Numbered from the stretch's first letter, positions 37,980 through 52,528 are shown. The stretch: DNA of 64,000 nt from Octopus vulgaris (GCA_951406725.2 OX597839.1:26040001-26104000); one strand, 5' to 3'. Program-made: numbers and translations. Notes: generated by a model not told the origin, from the letters alone.

Positions 37980-38119
37980 CTGCGGCAATGCTGGAGCACC
38001 ACCTTTAGTCAAACAAATCAACCCCATGACTTATTTGGTATATTTTGCTTTATGAGTTCAATAAAGGCAACAATACAATGAAAAGAATAAGGAATATTAA
38101 TACAGTATATGGGAATTGG

Positions 38120-38490
38120 ATAATATGCATAAGCGGTGGTCCCAGAAATTCTGAGCCGTAAACTACAGCCGAGATGAGCCTCGTCCTGGAAGATTTGTAG
38201 AGCTTAACGAAGATGTCCTGCAAACCCTGGTGGAATAAAATCCCATGGTAACTGTTGAGGACCTAGCAGAGAAGCTTGGATTTGGTCATTCAACCATTGA
38301 TCAACACCTGCGTGCCAGCAGAAAAGTCAGCAAATTGGGTCCATGGGTCCTTCCCAAATTTTCCAAGTCTAATCTTATGCAGAGATTGAACGTGTGCTCT
38401 TCTTTGCTGTCACATTCTCTATAAAAATGTCAAGCGCCGAAGACAGTGGGTAGGGAAAGGAGAAACACCAGTACCCCAGGCTAAAGAACT
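38120..38490 (+). mobile_element. mariner transposase relic
   Basis: Degenerate EDLAEKLGFGHSTI..KVSKLGPWV..YKNVKRRRQW (helix-turn-helix and WVPHEL region). Confidence 0.65.
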
Positions 38491-38604
38491 AACTATATAT
38501 ATATATATAGGGAAACTTTATGAAAATAAACAAAAGACGAAGGCAGGTGGAATATAAACAAACAATTGTATTAGTATGGCGCCCAGGAATATAAATAAAA
38601 CAAG

Positions 38605-38642
38605 TCTTTAACGTTTCGAGCCTACGCTCTTCAACAGAAAGA
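38605..38642 (-). ncRNA. Minimal hammerhead-like motif in a (TA)n-embedded stub
   Basis: TCTTT-CTGTTGA-A-GAGC gtag GCTC-GAAAC GTT-AAAGA. Palindromic stem III AACGTT. Confidence 0.6.
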
Positions 38643-38974
38643 TACACAGAAAAAAACACAGAAAGAAACAAGGAGAGAAAAAAAAAATGCGTGCAGAAGC
38701 TAGCGAATCAACATGGCGATCTATATATATATATATCGTTATCATCATCATCATTTAGGGACTGCTTTCCATGCTGGCATGGGTTAGACAGTTTGAGTGG
38801 AACTGGTAAGCTAGGGAACTGCACCAGGTTCCAGTCTGATTTGGCATGGTTTCTATGGCTGGATGCCCTTCCTGATGCCAACCACTCCAACAATGTAATG
38901 GGTGCTTTTTACATGCCACAGGCGTAGGTACCAGTTATGTGTCACCAATATTGGCCATGATTATGATTTCATTC

Positions 38975-39555
38975 GGTTTGACAAGTCTTCTTGAGCAGAG
39001 CATATCACTAAAGGTCTCGATCACTTGTCATTGCCTCTGTGAGGCCCATTGTTCAAAGATCAAGCTTCACCACCTGGTCCCAGGTATTCCTCAGTCTACC
39101 TCTTCCACAGGTTCCCTCCACAGAGATTGGCACTTCTTTACATAGCTACCCTCGTCTACCCATCACGTGACCATACCAGAGCAGTTGTCTCTCCTGCACA
39201 CCCCATCTGATGCTTTGTATACCCACTTTTTCTCTCAAGATGTTTACATGGTCATACAGCTGCACACTGACATTGCACATCCAGCGAAGCATACAAGCTT
39301 CATTTCTTTCAGGCCTACACATTTCCTCAGCAGTCACAGACCATGGTCCACTGCTTTGTAGCATGGCTGCTTGCACACAGGCAGCATACAGTCTTCCTTT
39401 CACTCTGAGTAAGAGGTCCTTAGTTACCAACAAAGGCAGAAGCTCTCTGAACTTTGCCTATTCTTATTCTAGTGGCTACACTCTTGCAGCATCCACCTCT
39501 GCTGCAGATTTGGTCACCTAGACAACGGAAGCTATCAACTACTTCTAAGTACCCT
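38975..39555 (-). mobile_element. RTE-clade LINE 3' fragment
   Basis: Diverged homolog of 30122-30935 (KGRLYAACV, MLRWMCNV, WYGHV). Confidence 0.75.
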
Positions 39556-40249
39556 CTTGGTCACAATTTATGTTCCTAACACTAGCTTAATGATAACTAA
39601 GTTTTGTTATATTCAAAATGAATTGAAAGAAACCCAGAGCATCTCAACAGAAATACAGTAATGAAAAGGGCTAAAGACAGTCAGTCAAATGCGTCTTCAA
39701 TTTGCACAAAATTTGGCTGCTATTTCTAACAAGTCAAACAACTATGTGAAACAAAATCTAAAAATTAATCCTTTTCATACCAACCAACCTGGCTGAATCC
39801 ACCTCTGGCTCTCTGTAGTACAAATGCCTTGTTTTCAAAAGTTTTGAAATTAAAATCTTCCACCAAACCTTAGTCACAATTTATGTTCCTAACACCAGCT
39901 TAATGATAACCAAGTTATTTTACTAAATTCTTTGTTATATTTAAAATGAATTGAAAGAAACACAGAACATCTCAACAGAAATATGACAAAAGGTTTAATA
40001 AACTTGGTAGTGTATTATGGTGTCCCTACCAGCAATTAATATAAGACTCCTGTCCGTTTGTAGCATGAAAATGGCCTTGAAATATCTCAGAGAGAAGCAG
40101 CTAAAGTGTCATTTCTAAACAGAACTAACAAATTTATAATCACACACACACACACACACACGTCAGTCAAATCATGAAAACTGTAATTAAAGGGAGACAA
40201 CTTCAAAACAGCCTGGAATTCAACTGAGTGAAGACAAATTGACAACTCT

Positions 40250-40652
40250 TTCTCTTTCACTCTCTTTTACTTGTTTCAGTCATTTGACTGCGGCCATGCT
40301 GGAGTACCGCCTTTAGTCGAGCATATCGACCCCGGGACTTATTCTTTTTGTAAGCCCAGTACTTATTCTATCGGTCTCTTTTTGCTGAACCGCTAAGTGA
40401 CGGGGACGTAAACACACCAGCATCAGTTGTCAAGCAATGCTAGGGGGACAAACACAGACACACAAACATATACACACACATACATATATATACATATATA
40501 CGACAGGCTTCTTTCAGTTTCCATCTACCAAATCCACTCACAAGGCATTGGTCGGCCCGGGGCTATAGCAGAAGACACTTGCCCAAGATGCCACGAACCT
40601 GGAACCATGTGGTTGGTTAGCAAGCTACTTACCACACAGCCACTCCTGTGCC
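40250..40652 (-). mobile_element. SINE family A
   Basis: Reverse-complement copy. Confidence 0.85.
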
Positions 40653-41067
40653 TTCTTTCTCTTTGTTAGAAAAACACTAATTCAAAAAAAATATTTTAAA
40701 AATGAATAGGTGCACACATGGCTGTGGGGGTAAAGAAAAAAGGCCTGCTTTGTAAGCATATGATTTCGGATTCAGTTCCACTGTCTCACACCTTGAGCAA
40801 TATCATCTACTGCAGTCTAATGCTTTGTGAGTGAATTTGGTAGATGGAAACTGTGTGGAAGCCTATTGTGTGTGTATGTGAGTATGTGTGTGTATACACA
40901 CACATGCAACAGACTTCTTTCAGTTTCCATCTACCAAATCCACTTACAAAAATTGGTTGGCCTGAGGCTATAGCAGAAGACACTTGCCCAAGGTGCCGCG
41001 CAGTGGGACTGAACCCAGAACCACGTGGTTGAGAAGCAAGCTTCTTGCCACACAGCCACACCCATGC

Positions 41068-41105
<38 letters not shown>

Positions 41106-41471
41106 ACTTTTTATTTTGGAACAGTGGAGCTTGAAGCAGATAAAGTTATAGATGATAGCATATAAATATTGTGTTGAAAAACAGTTTCAGATAGAAAAAG
41201 GGAAAAAAGTAGATATTCTGCCATTGGGCAGAAGCAATCCTTCAAATTTTTCCTGGTCATTTAGAAACCATTTTTCTTAACAGTGAGAATTTTGTTGTTG
41301 ATTCTACATCAAATACATTTGAATATTTCAGCTTAGAAAGAAAAAACAGAAGAGAAAAAAAAGGGGGCAATCTCTTACTTGGCTTCACACATCCCAGATA
41401 CAACACAGACAACTATTGGTGTATTAACGAGGTCGTCAAGTCATATATTTCATACAAATATTTAGTTGGGA

Positions 41472-41778
41472 CTAGCAGTATCGCCCGGCGTTGCTCGGGT
41501 TTGTAAGGGAAATAACTATATAAGCATTTTTAGAGAGTTACTTCCCTTATATAAAACCGAGCGAAAAATGCATTAAAAATGCGGAAAAATGATGGTAAAT
41601 TTTTTTTAAATCGTAGACTCATCATAGACGCACGCTAATACCCAGAAGGGCTCGATATGAATCACGACTATAAGATACCCGCTTTTGGTTAAACTGCACC
41701 GCAAAATGTGGGAGTAGTTAGGAATCTAAATCGAAGGGGACAGACACACACACACAACTACAGTTTTATATATATAGA
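41472..41778 (-). mobile_element. Non-autonomous Helitron
   Basis: TC and hairpin+CTAG termini in an AT site. Homologous to 104-613. Confidence 0.85.
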
Positions 41779-42074
41779 TTTCGTACAAACAAAATGGAAA
41801 AGCTTTTAATTAGGAGGAAACTCATTAAGGAGAAAGCAGACAGAAGAGAAAGCAGACAGAAATCCTCAGAAGAACTCTCACCAAACAAGTGTTTCGGCCT
41901 AGATTACAATTCCTAAGTGTCCTCTCACCGTTTTCAAAATGCTACCTTTAGAGCAGATTGAACCCAGAGATGATCTTATTTCCTTGAACTAGTGATTACT
42001 ACCATCTTTTACAAAAAATATTCCATAATTCTTCAACAATGGAACCGGTAACTACTAATATCCTTTATAAGGGA

Positions 42075-42273
42075 CTAGCAGTAACTGATGGTAAATTTTT
42101 TTTTAAATCATAGACTCATCGAAGACGCGCGCTAATACCCAGAAGGGCTCGATATGAATCACGACTATAAGATACCCGGTTTTGGTTACACTGCACCGCA
42201 AAATGTGGGAGTAGTTAGGAATCTAAATCGTAGGAGACAGACACACACACAACTTCACTTTTATATATAAAGA
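42075..42273 (-). mobile_element. Non-autonomous Helitron, internally deleted
   Basis: Same termini, but the 3' hairpin region is missing. Confidence 0.75.
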
Positions 42274-43249
42274 TGTTCGTTAATTCTTTATCACTGATGA
42301 TGAAAGATAACTTGCAGGAGATCTGATTGTAAAAGGTAACACGGGATCCCTTGACGACAACGTAATTCTTGTTTGATTAAGGTATCTGTGGCCCAATGAG
42401 TTGGCTTGTATGGAAATATTTGTTCACTGACCTATGCACAATATGCACAGCTATTCTAGAAACAGCTGTAAGAGAATTTATGCAGTATTTCTTAATCCCT
42501 AATTTGTGTATACCCCATGGCCACCACAAAGACCACTGAAAGAACTTGCTGTAAGACAGTGTGTGTAACAAGGCTGAGTGAGTTACTCTTTTACTTGTTT
42601 CAGTCATTTGACTGCGGCCATGCTGGAGCACCGCCTTTAGTCGAGCAAATCGACCCCCGGGACTTATTCTTTGTAAGCCCAGTACTTATTCTATCGGTCT
42701 CTTTTGCCGAACCGCTAAGTGACGGGGATATAAACACACCAGCATCGGTTGTCAAGCAATGCTAGGGGGACAAACACAGACATGCAAACACACACACACA
42801 TACATATACTTTATTTAAAGCAGCAGAAAATTCAACAAAACCTGTTACTCTGAGTAACATGTTTTGTTGAATTTTCTGCTGCTTTAAATAAAGCATATTA
42901 CTCTACCACTGGTATTTGAGTACTCATTTTTCCACCTTGTTTCACATTTATGTGTTTACTCCGGTATATATAGATAGATTTATATATATATATGGGCTTC
43001 TTTCATTTTCCATCTACCAAATCCACTCACAAAGCTTTGGTCGGCCTGAGGCTGTAGGAGAAAACACTTGGCCTAGGTGCCATGCAGTGGGGCTGAACCC
43101 GGAACCATGTGGTTGGTAAACAAGCTACTAACCACACAGCCACTCCTGCACCTGTTGTATATAAAAATAAATCAGCAACCTTTTATTTCATCTACAGTCA
43201 ACGGAAATACAATTCAACGGTTGATTGGTAACCTGTCCGATATGGATAT

Positions 43250-43627
43250 TCTTTATATATAAAAGTGAAGTTGTGTGTCTGTCTCCTACGATTTAGATTC
43301 CTCACTACTCCCACATTTTGTGGTGCAGTGTAACCAAAACCGGGTATCTTATAGTCGTGATTCATATCGAGCCCTTCTGGGTATTAGCATGAGTCTACGA
43401 TTTAAAAAAAAATTTACCATCATTTGTTTCCATTTTAATGCATTTTTTTCGCTATTATATAAGGGAAGTAACTCTCTAAAAATGTCTACGATGAGTCAAC
43501 GATTTAAAAAAAAATTTACCATCATTTTTTTTCCCATTTTTAATGCATTTTTTGGCTATAACTCTCTAAAAATGCTTATATAGTTATTTCCCTTACAAAC
43601 CCGAGCAACGCCGGGCGATACTGCTAG
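43250..43627 (+). mobile_element. Non-autonomous Helitron with internal duplication
   Basis: TCTTTATATAT start, CCCGAGCAACGCCGGG hairpin, CTAG|T end. Confidence 0.85.
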
Positions 43628-44286
43628 TTTTTTATAAAAGTTAAGCATATTTGAAGAAGGCAGAGGTTTGGAAAACATTATCATGGAAGGAAGCGCAGAG
43701 GGTAGGAGAACAAGAGACAAGCAAAGAATGCAATGGATGGAGAATATTAGGAGCTGATTGGACAAGAGCAGTAAAGCAGATTTGTGCTTCATGAGGAAGC
43801 TTCTCATTTCAGTGTCATCAATGTTCTGCAGGGGTACATCGTTATCATTTAGCATCCGCTTTCCATGCTGGCATGGGTTAAACTGGAACTGGTAAGCTGG
43901 AGAGCTGCACCACGTTCCAATCCGATTTTGGTTTGGTTTCTACAACTGGATGCCCTTCTTAACATGCCAACCACTCCAAGAGTGTAGCGGCTGCCTTATA
44001 CACGTCACCAGCATGGATGCCTTTTATGGGTCACCGACACTGGCCACAGCTACAATTTCACTTGGCCTGACAAGTCTCCTCAAGAACAGCTTATCACCAA
44101 CTCTTTTACTCTCTCTTTTACTTGTTTCAGTCATTTGACTGCGGCCATGCTGGAGCACCGCCTTTAGTCGAGCAAATCGACCCCAGGACTTATTCTTTGT
44201 AAGCCCAGTACTTATTCTATCGGTCACTTTTGCCGAACCGCTAAGTGACGGGTTTTTATATATACATACATATACTGAAAAGTGGG

Positions 44287-44325
<39 letters not shown>

Positions 44326-44402
44326 CTTTATGAAAATAGACAAAAGACGAAGGCAGATATATATATATATATACACACACACACATTCATATACCATAAA
44401 GC

Positions 44403-44441
<39 letters not shown>

Positions 44442-45385
44442 TATATAAATATACATACAATGTGTGTGTGTGTGTGTGTATATATATGTGTCTTTGTGTC
44501 TGTTCCCAATCACCACTTGATAATTGGTGTTGCAAGGTGGTGCCCCAGCATGGCCACAGTCTGACGATTTAAACAAGTAAAAGATTGATTTTTATTATAC
44601 TACATTTAATCTATAAAATTCACATTAACCTTTCAGCATTGAGATTACCCTGTCACATGTAACACAGGCAGAGACTACTTTGGGGCCAGATCCAACTGGC
44701 TTCTATGCAAACAGGGTTCAACCAGGGACTAGACCCAGGACAGCAAAGACTTTAAGTATTTATCATTAAGTTTCTCTACCAGCCACCAAGGCTGACAAGC
44801 AATTCCTATAATTCATGAACCCCCTCCAACTCTCTCTCTTGTTATTATTATTATTATTATTATTTGAAGTCTTAAAACTTGTGTGTCGTTTTGGAACCAA
44901 TCCTCTAAGTGTAATAACAACATAGAGGAAATTCCAGATAATAGTCAGTTCCTGAATTCCAGAGACGGAGAAAGAAAATTGAGAAGACATACAGAGAGAG
45001 TACTACATGCGCACACACACACACACACAGAGTCATAAATGACAAAAATAGTTTGACGAAATTTTGTTTAACGATAAGAAAATAGAAATATCACAACAAA
45101 CTGTTTCATAACTTAAAAACATGAAAATAATTTATATCATTATTACGAAAGATTTTATGCATTTTGCATTAATGCAGACATGTAAGAAACTGAGTATTAA
45201 ATATGATATAAATTACTTACATGCTTTTCAGTTACGAAACAATTTGTCATGACATTAGAATTTACTTATTGTTAAATAGATCCTCATCAAAATGTTTCAC
45301 TGTCATTCATGGCTTTATACACTCCTTATTGCTTTCTCTTCTTTCGTACGATATATTCTACACGTTTTGTAGAATGATACATTAA

Positions 45386-45600
45386 CCCTTTAGTGTTCAG
45401 ATTATTCTGTCAAATGTCATGTTTGTTTATTTATATTGTTTTGAATTAATCATTAATCATTGAATAATCATTAGAGATTTCAGTGATGTGATTTCTTAGT
45501 TTTAGAATGACATGGTAGGGCTGAGGTGAGAGGCGAGATCTGGTCAGTTTCAATATAAAACAGGTTGAATATTTTGGCCGGATATGGCCGGTTTGAAGGG
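45386..45600. mobile_element. piggyBac-type MITE
   Basis: TTAA|CCCTT...AAGGG|TTAA. Confidence 0.75.
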
Positions 45601-47784
45601 TTAAGGAGCTTCTTTTATGAGTAACATCGGATTACTTGGATCCTTATATCCATGGCTTAGTGGTTAGGGTATTGCACTCACGATTGCAAAATCATGGGTT
45701 TGATTCCCAGACTGGGCATTGCGTTGTGTTCTTGAGCAAAGCACTTCATTTCACATTGCTCTGCGATCATTTTGACATCTGACATGTGGCATCCAGGTGC
45801 ACCTGTACAGGTAATATCAATCTGATGGAGGGAGTGAGCTTATCTCTACACAAACATTTGATCACTATAAACAAATCATCTTTGTAGTTGTTTGGTAAGA
45901 AATTGTCAAACCCTCATATGTCAACTAATAATGGAAGAGTCCATTATTATATATTCTCTTTTACTCTTTTACTTGTTTCAGTCATTTAGTCGAGCAAATC
46001 GACCCTGGGACTTATTCTTTGTAAGCCCAGTACTTATTCTATCGGTCTCTTTTGCCGAACCGCTAAGTGACAGGGACGTAAACATACCAGCATCGGTTGT
46101 CAAGCAATGCTAGGGGGACAAACACACACACACACATATATATATATATACATATATACGACAGGCTTCTTTCAGTTTCCGTCAACCAAATCCACTCACA
46201 AGGCATTGGTCGGCCCAGCAGAAGACACTTGCCCAAGATGCCACGCAGTGGGACTGAACCCAGAACCATGTGGTTGGTTAGCAAGCTACTTACCACACAG
46301 CCACTCCTGCGTATATATCACCATAATCATCATCATTATTATTATTATTTAACACAGTTTGATTTGGCTCCATGTAACAAAGTTTCACAAGCTTCTGACA
46401 GAAAGCTGGCTCGTTCAGGCTTAGATGACTGAATGGAACCCCACCCCACCAAAAAAAAACACGGAGTCCAAAATGGCTACTGTATGTATGTGTGTAATTG
46501 TAGTTGTGATCCCCATGCCAGTGACGCGTAAAAAGCACCATCCAGACATAAGCCGATGCCAGCGCTGCCATGACAGGCTTCCATGCCAGTGGCACGTAAA
46601 AAGCATCAACCGATCGTGGCCATTGCCAGCCTCCTCTGGCTCCTGTGCTGGTGGCACATAAAAAGCACCCACTACATGCACTCTCGGAGTGGTTGGCGTT
46701 AGGAAGGGCATCCAGCTGTAGAAACACTGCCAGATCAGACTGGAGCCTTGTGCAGCCTCCTGGTTTCCCAAACTCCAGTCGATCCGTCCAACCCATGCTA
46801 GCATGGAAAATGGACGTTAAACGATGATGATGATGAATTTAAATGATCTGAAATATATTTTACTCATGAAAACTTGGGGATTTCAAAGAGATTAACTTCA
46901 GATATTTTCCCAAGAAACTACGTGGCCAATATTTTAGCTTTGGCTTCCTGTAGCATTAAATAAGATGAGAGATAAATCTCCCCAGGGTAGGATGTTAATC
47001 CCTCACAGATAGCTTCCCTGCTTGTCAGCAGAAAGAGGAAGAATTGAAGTTTACAGAAACCTATAAAGACAGCTCCGAGCATGAAATATAGTTAGTTTAT
47101 GATTAAAGCTGATGGAGATTTAACTCATAACAACTTGCTGAAAATTTTCAAAGTCAAAATCTGTCTTGTAATGGTATCAATACAGAACGGGTAATGAATG
47201 ACAGAAGGGACAAGGGTTGTCTCCCTTGCATGAGAAAGTTTTTTTTTTTCTCTCTTATTTTTTAAAACTTTCTTTGAAATGAATGTCAACAAAGTTAGTA
47301 TGATTCTTGTGATATCATCATCATCATCATCATTTAGCGTCCGCTTTCCATGCTAGCATGGGTTGGACGGTTCAACTGGGGTCTGTGAAGCTGGAAGGCT
47401 TCGTCAGGCCCAGTCAGATCTGGCAATGTTTCTACGGCTGGATGCCCTTCCTAACGCCAACCACTCCGTGAGTGTAGTGGGTGTTTTTTTACACATTTCA
47501 GAATTGACTGACTGGTGAGCAGAGCGGTCCTGTGTCACACGAAAAGTTAAAGAGAACAGACAAAAGAAAAACTAGCAAGAAAGGATTGAACGACTCTAAA
47601 AAAATCAAAGCATTACCTATTTTCTTTGTGTTAATTGCAATATGGTGTGTGTACTTATCCCGAACAGAAGCAAAATACATTTAAAAACAAGTGAGCTGAG
47701 TTAGTTATTAACCAAAGGCAGACACAAACTCCTGGATTAGGTTCGTAGAAATTGTTGAATAGCATGGCAGGTAACATAGCTTAC

Positions 47785-47981
47785 CGACAGTGGTGTTTAC
47801 GCCTCACAAACCAGAAGGCAGCTTCACACCCAGCACAGTGGGTCACTGCATGGTCTGGCACCCAAAGGGTCATTTTAGAGTCCTTTTCATCTATATGCTC
47901 CCAGCTGACGTCAGAAGCTGCATTGCTGCAGTGTCCCAGCGAGTGAGGCTCCCCACTCCCAGACGATTCAGGCAGGGATGC
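47785..47981 (-). CDS. MTMR3/4: Myotubularin-related protein 3/4-like, penultimate exon (N-terminal half of FYVE domain)
   Basis: Acceptor tttccag, donor gtaag. 197 nt reading ASLPESSG..VSWEHIDEKDSKMTLWVPDHAVTHCAGCEAAFWFVRRKHHCR, with the WxxD and RKHHCR FYVE signatures. Missing from the ORF track. Confidence 0.92.
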
Positions 47982-48808
47982 CTGGAAACAGACAACAAAA
48001 TGTTTATTATCAGTTAGGTATTTAACGAGGTAAGTCGTTTAGCAAGAAACTTGCAAATTCCTTAATAGAAACGATACAACCTTAGACAAAGAGAGAAGCG
48101 GTAGAGTTTCAAATGAGCTTTGAGAGAAAGAGAGAGTGAAAACAACAACAAAGGTTAACAACAACAACAAAACTGTATCTTGTCAGCCCCTCCACCCTGT
48201 CCCACCACTGTGGAAATTCATACAACTCGTCTGCTGGTATTTTTCACTGAAAATAACACAAGACCTTTTGGTATTGTTGGATCTTGGACAGTTCCGTATA
48301 TGATGCAAACAACAAAAATAACAAACAACCTTCACCCTTTAACTGTAAAATTAAATTTCATGATTATTCTGGTAATTATGCTAAAATATTTACCAAAAAT
48401 TAGAATTGGAATTTTCTGCAAGCCATGTTGCATCAATAAACTGGACATATTTCAATAGAAAATGGTTTCAAATTTGGATTCCTCAACAAAAGACAGATTG
48501 GTAAATTGCCCCGCGACAGTTAAGGGGAATGAAATTTGGAGAGGGACATATCGGATTCCCACAGTAAAAGACTGGAGGAAACTATGTGTGTCTGATATCA
48601 GTTTCAAATTTAGGCACAAAGCCAGCAACTTCAAAGAAGTATAAAAGTTGATTACCCCACCGCTTAACCGATACGTATTTTATCAAAGCCCCAAAAGGAC
48701 AAAAGGCAAAGTTGGCCCTGATGGAATTTGAACTCAGAATGTAAAAACGGACAAAACACCACTAAGCATTTTGCCCAGCGTGCTAACAATTCTGCCAGAT
48801 TCCCATCT

Positions 48809-48840
<32 letters not shown>

Positions 48841-49671
48841 CATCATCATTTAGCATCCGTTCTCCATGCTAGCATGGGTTGGACGGTTCAACTGGGGTCT
48901 GGGAAGCCTTAAGGCTACATCAGGTCCAGTCAGATCAGGCAGTGTTTCTACGGCTGGATGCCCTTCCTAACGCCAACCACTCCGTGAGTGTAGTGGGTGC
49001 TTTTTACATACCACCTGCACAGGTGCCAGACGGAGCTGGCAAACGGCCACGAATGGATAGTGCTTTTATGTGCCACCGGCACGAGGGCCAGGCGAGGCTG
49101 GCAACGGACACGAGCGGATGGTGCTTTTACGTGCATAATAATAATAATAATAATAATCTTTTCTACTAAAGGTACAGGGCCAGAAATTTGGTGGGAGGAG
49201 ACTGGTCAATTACATTGACCCCACTGTTTCACTTGTACTTAATTTATCGACCCCAAAAAGGGAGAAAGGCAAAGTCGACCTTGGCAGAATTTGAACTCAG
49301 AATGTAAGGACAGACAAAATACGGCTAAGCATTTTACCCGGTGTGCTAACGTTTCTGCCAGCTTGCCGCCTTAGCATGGTTATATAATATCATTTAACCC
49401 TTTAACTGCAAAATTAAATTTCCCGATTGTTCCAGTAACGATGGTGAATATTTACAAAGGAGAAAAGGGGAGGGAATTGGCATCTTCTGCAAGTCATGCA
49501 GCCTCCATAAACTCAACACATCTCAACAGAAAATAGTTTCAAACATGATATTTCTCAACAAAAGATAGATTGATAGATAAAACTGCCTTCTGCAGTAAAA
49601 GGCCAATGAAATTTGGATTGGATATATCTGAGTTCCACAGTAAAAAAAAACATAAACATCCCAATATACGA

Positions 49672-50055
49672 GGCACAGGAGTGGCTGTGTGGTAAGTAGC
49701 TTGCTAACCAACCACATGGTACCGGGTTCAGTCCCACTGCGTGGCACCTTGGGCAAGTGTCTTCTACTATAGCCTCGGGCCGACCAAAGCCTTGTGAGTG
49801 GATTTGGTAGACGGAAACTGAAAGAAGCCCGTCATATATATGTATATATATATATGTCTGTGTGTGTTTGTGTGTCTGTTTTTGTCCCCCTAGCATTGCT
49901 TGACAACCGATGCTGGTGTGTTTATGTCCCCGTCACTTAGCGGTTCGGCAAAAGAGACCGATAGAATAAGTCCCGGGGTCGAGTTGCTCAATTAAAGGCG
50001 GTGCTCCAGCATGGCCACAGTCAAATGAAACAAGTAAAAGAGTAAAGAGTAAGAG
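49672..50055 (+). mobile_element. SINE family A
   Basis: Consensus match. Confidence 0.85.
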
Positions 50056-50072
50056 TATAAACATCCCAATAT

Positions 50073-50460
50073 ATGAGGTCGGATCAATAAGTATCAGGAC
50101 TGTTGCCATAGTAACGAAGCTAAAGCACACAGAGTGAAGCTGCTTGGCAGAAATTGACCTTCAACACTGTTGTCCATGCACACCAAGTTTTAACATTCTA
50201 CCTCACTTCTGCTGTTTACAGCAGTGCCTGGAAGGAAGGTGTGTAGCGTGTGATCATTGCATTGGCCAGGACAGAGAAAGATACCATGATGATACCTGCT
50301 CAGAGGTCGACACAAAGTTGCAGAAAGTGTTTGGAGAGGAGTGTATGAGACGCACACAAGAGCACGAGTGGTTCAGATGTTTGCAAGACGGCTGAAAAAA
50401 ATGTCAGTATTGTCAAACGTTCTGGGAGACCCGCAACCAGCAGAACTGAGAAAATGAACG
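50073..50460 (+). mobile_element. mariner 5' relic
   Basis: TIR-like GAGGTCGGATCAATAAGTAT and peptide KLQKVFGEECMRRTQEHEWFR..RSGRP. Confidence 0.65.
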
Positions 50461-52156
50461 ACACCGCTTGTATAACAGTGACACTCATTTACAATGATCA
50501 TGTGATATTAAGACAAAGAGACAGCAACATGATTAAACAAATCAGCACCACCGAAATACTGGAACTTTTGATCACCATCTTTTTCACGTCTTTAGAATTC
50601 AGTTTCCCACTGAATCCATCTCCACACACACCATTAATACCCATTTCTTTACTACCCACAAGGGGCTAAACACAGGGAGGACAAACAAGGACAAACGGAT
50701 TAAGTCGATTATATCGACCCCAGTGCGTAACTGGTACTTAATTTACCGACCCCCAAAGGATGAAAGGCAAAGTCGACCTCGGTAGAATTTGAACTCAGAA
50801 CGTAGCGGCAGGCGAAATATCGCAAAGCATTTCGCCCGGCGTGCTAACGTCTCCACCATTAATATCGTCATTTAACATCCGTCTTCCATGATGAGCCAGA
50901 TGGTTTGAATAGGATCTGGTGAGTCAGAGGATTGCACTGAGCTCCAGTATTCATTTCCATGTGGTTCCTACAGCTGGATGCCCTTCCTAGAGCCGACCAC
51001 TTTATAGAGTATACTGGGTGCTTTTTACGTAGCACCAGCACCAGTGAGGTTGCCAAGTAAACTGACAGCCCAGCTTTACGTGAAGACAAATACACGAGCT
51101 TAGAAATCCAGGTAAACTTCAGTACTTGGATATTAAGCAACACACACACACACACACACAGAGTTTAAAAATAAAAAAAAACATTATCGTTTATATTAAA
51201 TGTCTAAAACAGGAAATACTGTTATTACATTTAATTGAAATAAAGGGTGGGGGGCAAAACGGTATTTAGTTTCTGCAAATAATTCTTATTTATCAAGGAA
51301 ATCCTTGAGAAAGATTTGGTCAAAAACAATATGGAACTGATCCAACCGGCTGGCTGGAGCTAGTAAAAGCATCAAGACAAGGGTACAATATAAATATATA
51401 AATCTACCAAAAAAAAACAACAAAAAACCCCCCAAAAAAACAGCAGTTTATATAGATGTGTGTGTGTGTGTGAGAGTTAGAATTTGGCTGATTCTCAACA
51501 TTTGAGATGTTAAAAAGGCCTTGAGAGTTGTTTACCATCAGTTCTATTTCGAGATTTAACTTTTAACATTGAAAAATTCCTCTTCAGTTTACAGGTGAAT
51601 TCCTCATCACATGGTGCCATCACCAAAGTTACTTTTATAGAAAAGACAATTGGGTAGGCGTCAAGTACATCAAAATATTTCCAAAATTTTCCCAAGTGCC
51701 ACTACCATCATCACCACTGTCTTCATCATCATCATCGCTATATACCATCCAGATTACTCTATCAAATGTAATATTTCTTCACATTGTTTTGAATCCCACA
51801 TTATTTCAATAATGTAATTTTTTACTTTTAGAATGACATTGTAAGGATAGCGTAAGAGGCCAGATCTAGCTGGTTTAAACATAAAACAAGCAGAACATTT
51901 TGGCCAGATACGGTTGGTTTAACCCTCCACCGTTCAGGCTAATCCATTAAACATAATCCTTGTTTATTCCCATCGTTTTCAATTGATCATGCATTATCTC
52001 ATGGCTTTGAGCTAATTGCTTTATTTTCACAATGAGACACTAAACGATATGTAGGACAGGGCTGGATCTGTCTGGTTTGAACATGGGGCCAGTTTAAATG
52101 CCAAAGGGTCAACCCTTTACCATCCAGATTATTCTGTCAAACGTAATGCTTATTGA

Positions 52157-52528
52157 TTACCTCCACCTTAGCAAAGGCGCAGGTATTGTTTTCAGTCATG
52201 TTTGTGTGTTTGTTTGTCTGTAAACAAGATATCTCAAGACCCCCTGGATGGATTAGGATGAAACTTTCAGGGATGTTTGGCCTTGTGACTGGCACAAACT
52301 GATTAGATTTTGGGGGATCGATCTGATACCAGACAAGGATTCTGGATTATTTTTCCTGTTTTTTTTTTCACTTAATTTCTGAGAGCAGCCGGGTTCACTT
52401 TTAGTATTCTCGTTTGTGAGAGCAATCGAGTTTATTTCAGATATTCTCATTTTAAAAATAATCTCCAGCTAATCATTGAGAGGATGTTGGTGTTGCCTTG
52501 GCAGAGGTTTGTGCTCTCTGAGTGCTCT
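52157..52528 (+). mobile_element. Helentron-associated non-autonomous element (HINE/DINE-1-like)
   Basis: Subterminal inverted repeats ACCTCCACC and GGCAGAGGT, a GTTT/GTCT microsatellite, and a 3' hairpin GTGCTCTCTGAGTGC. Confidence 0.7.
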
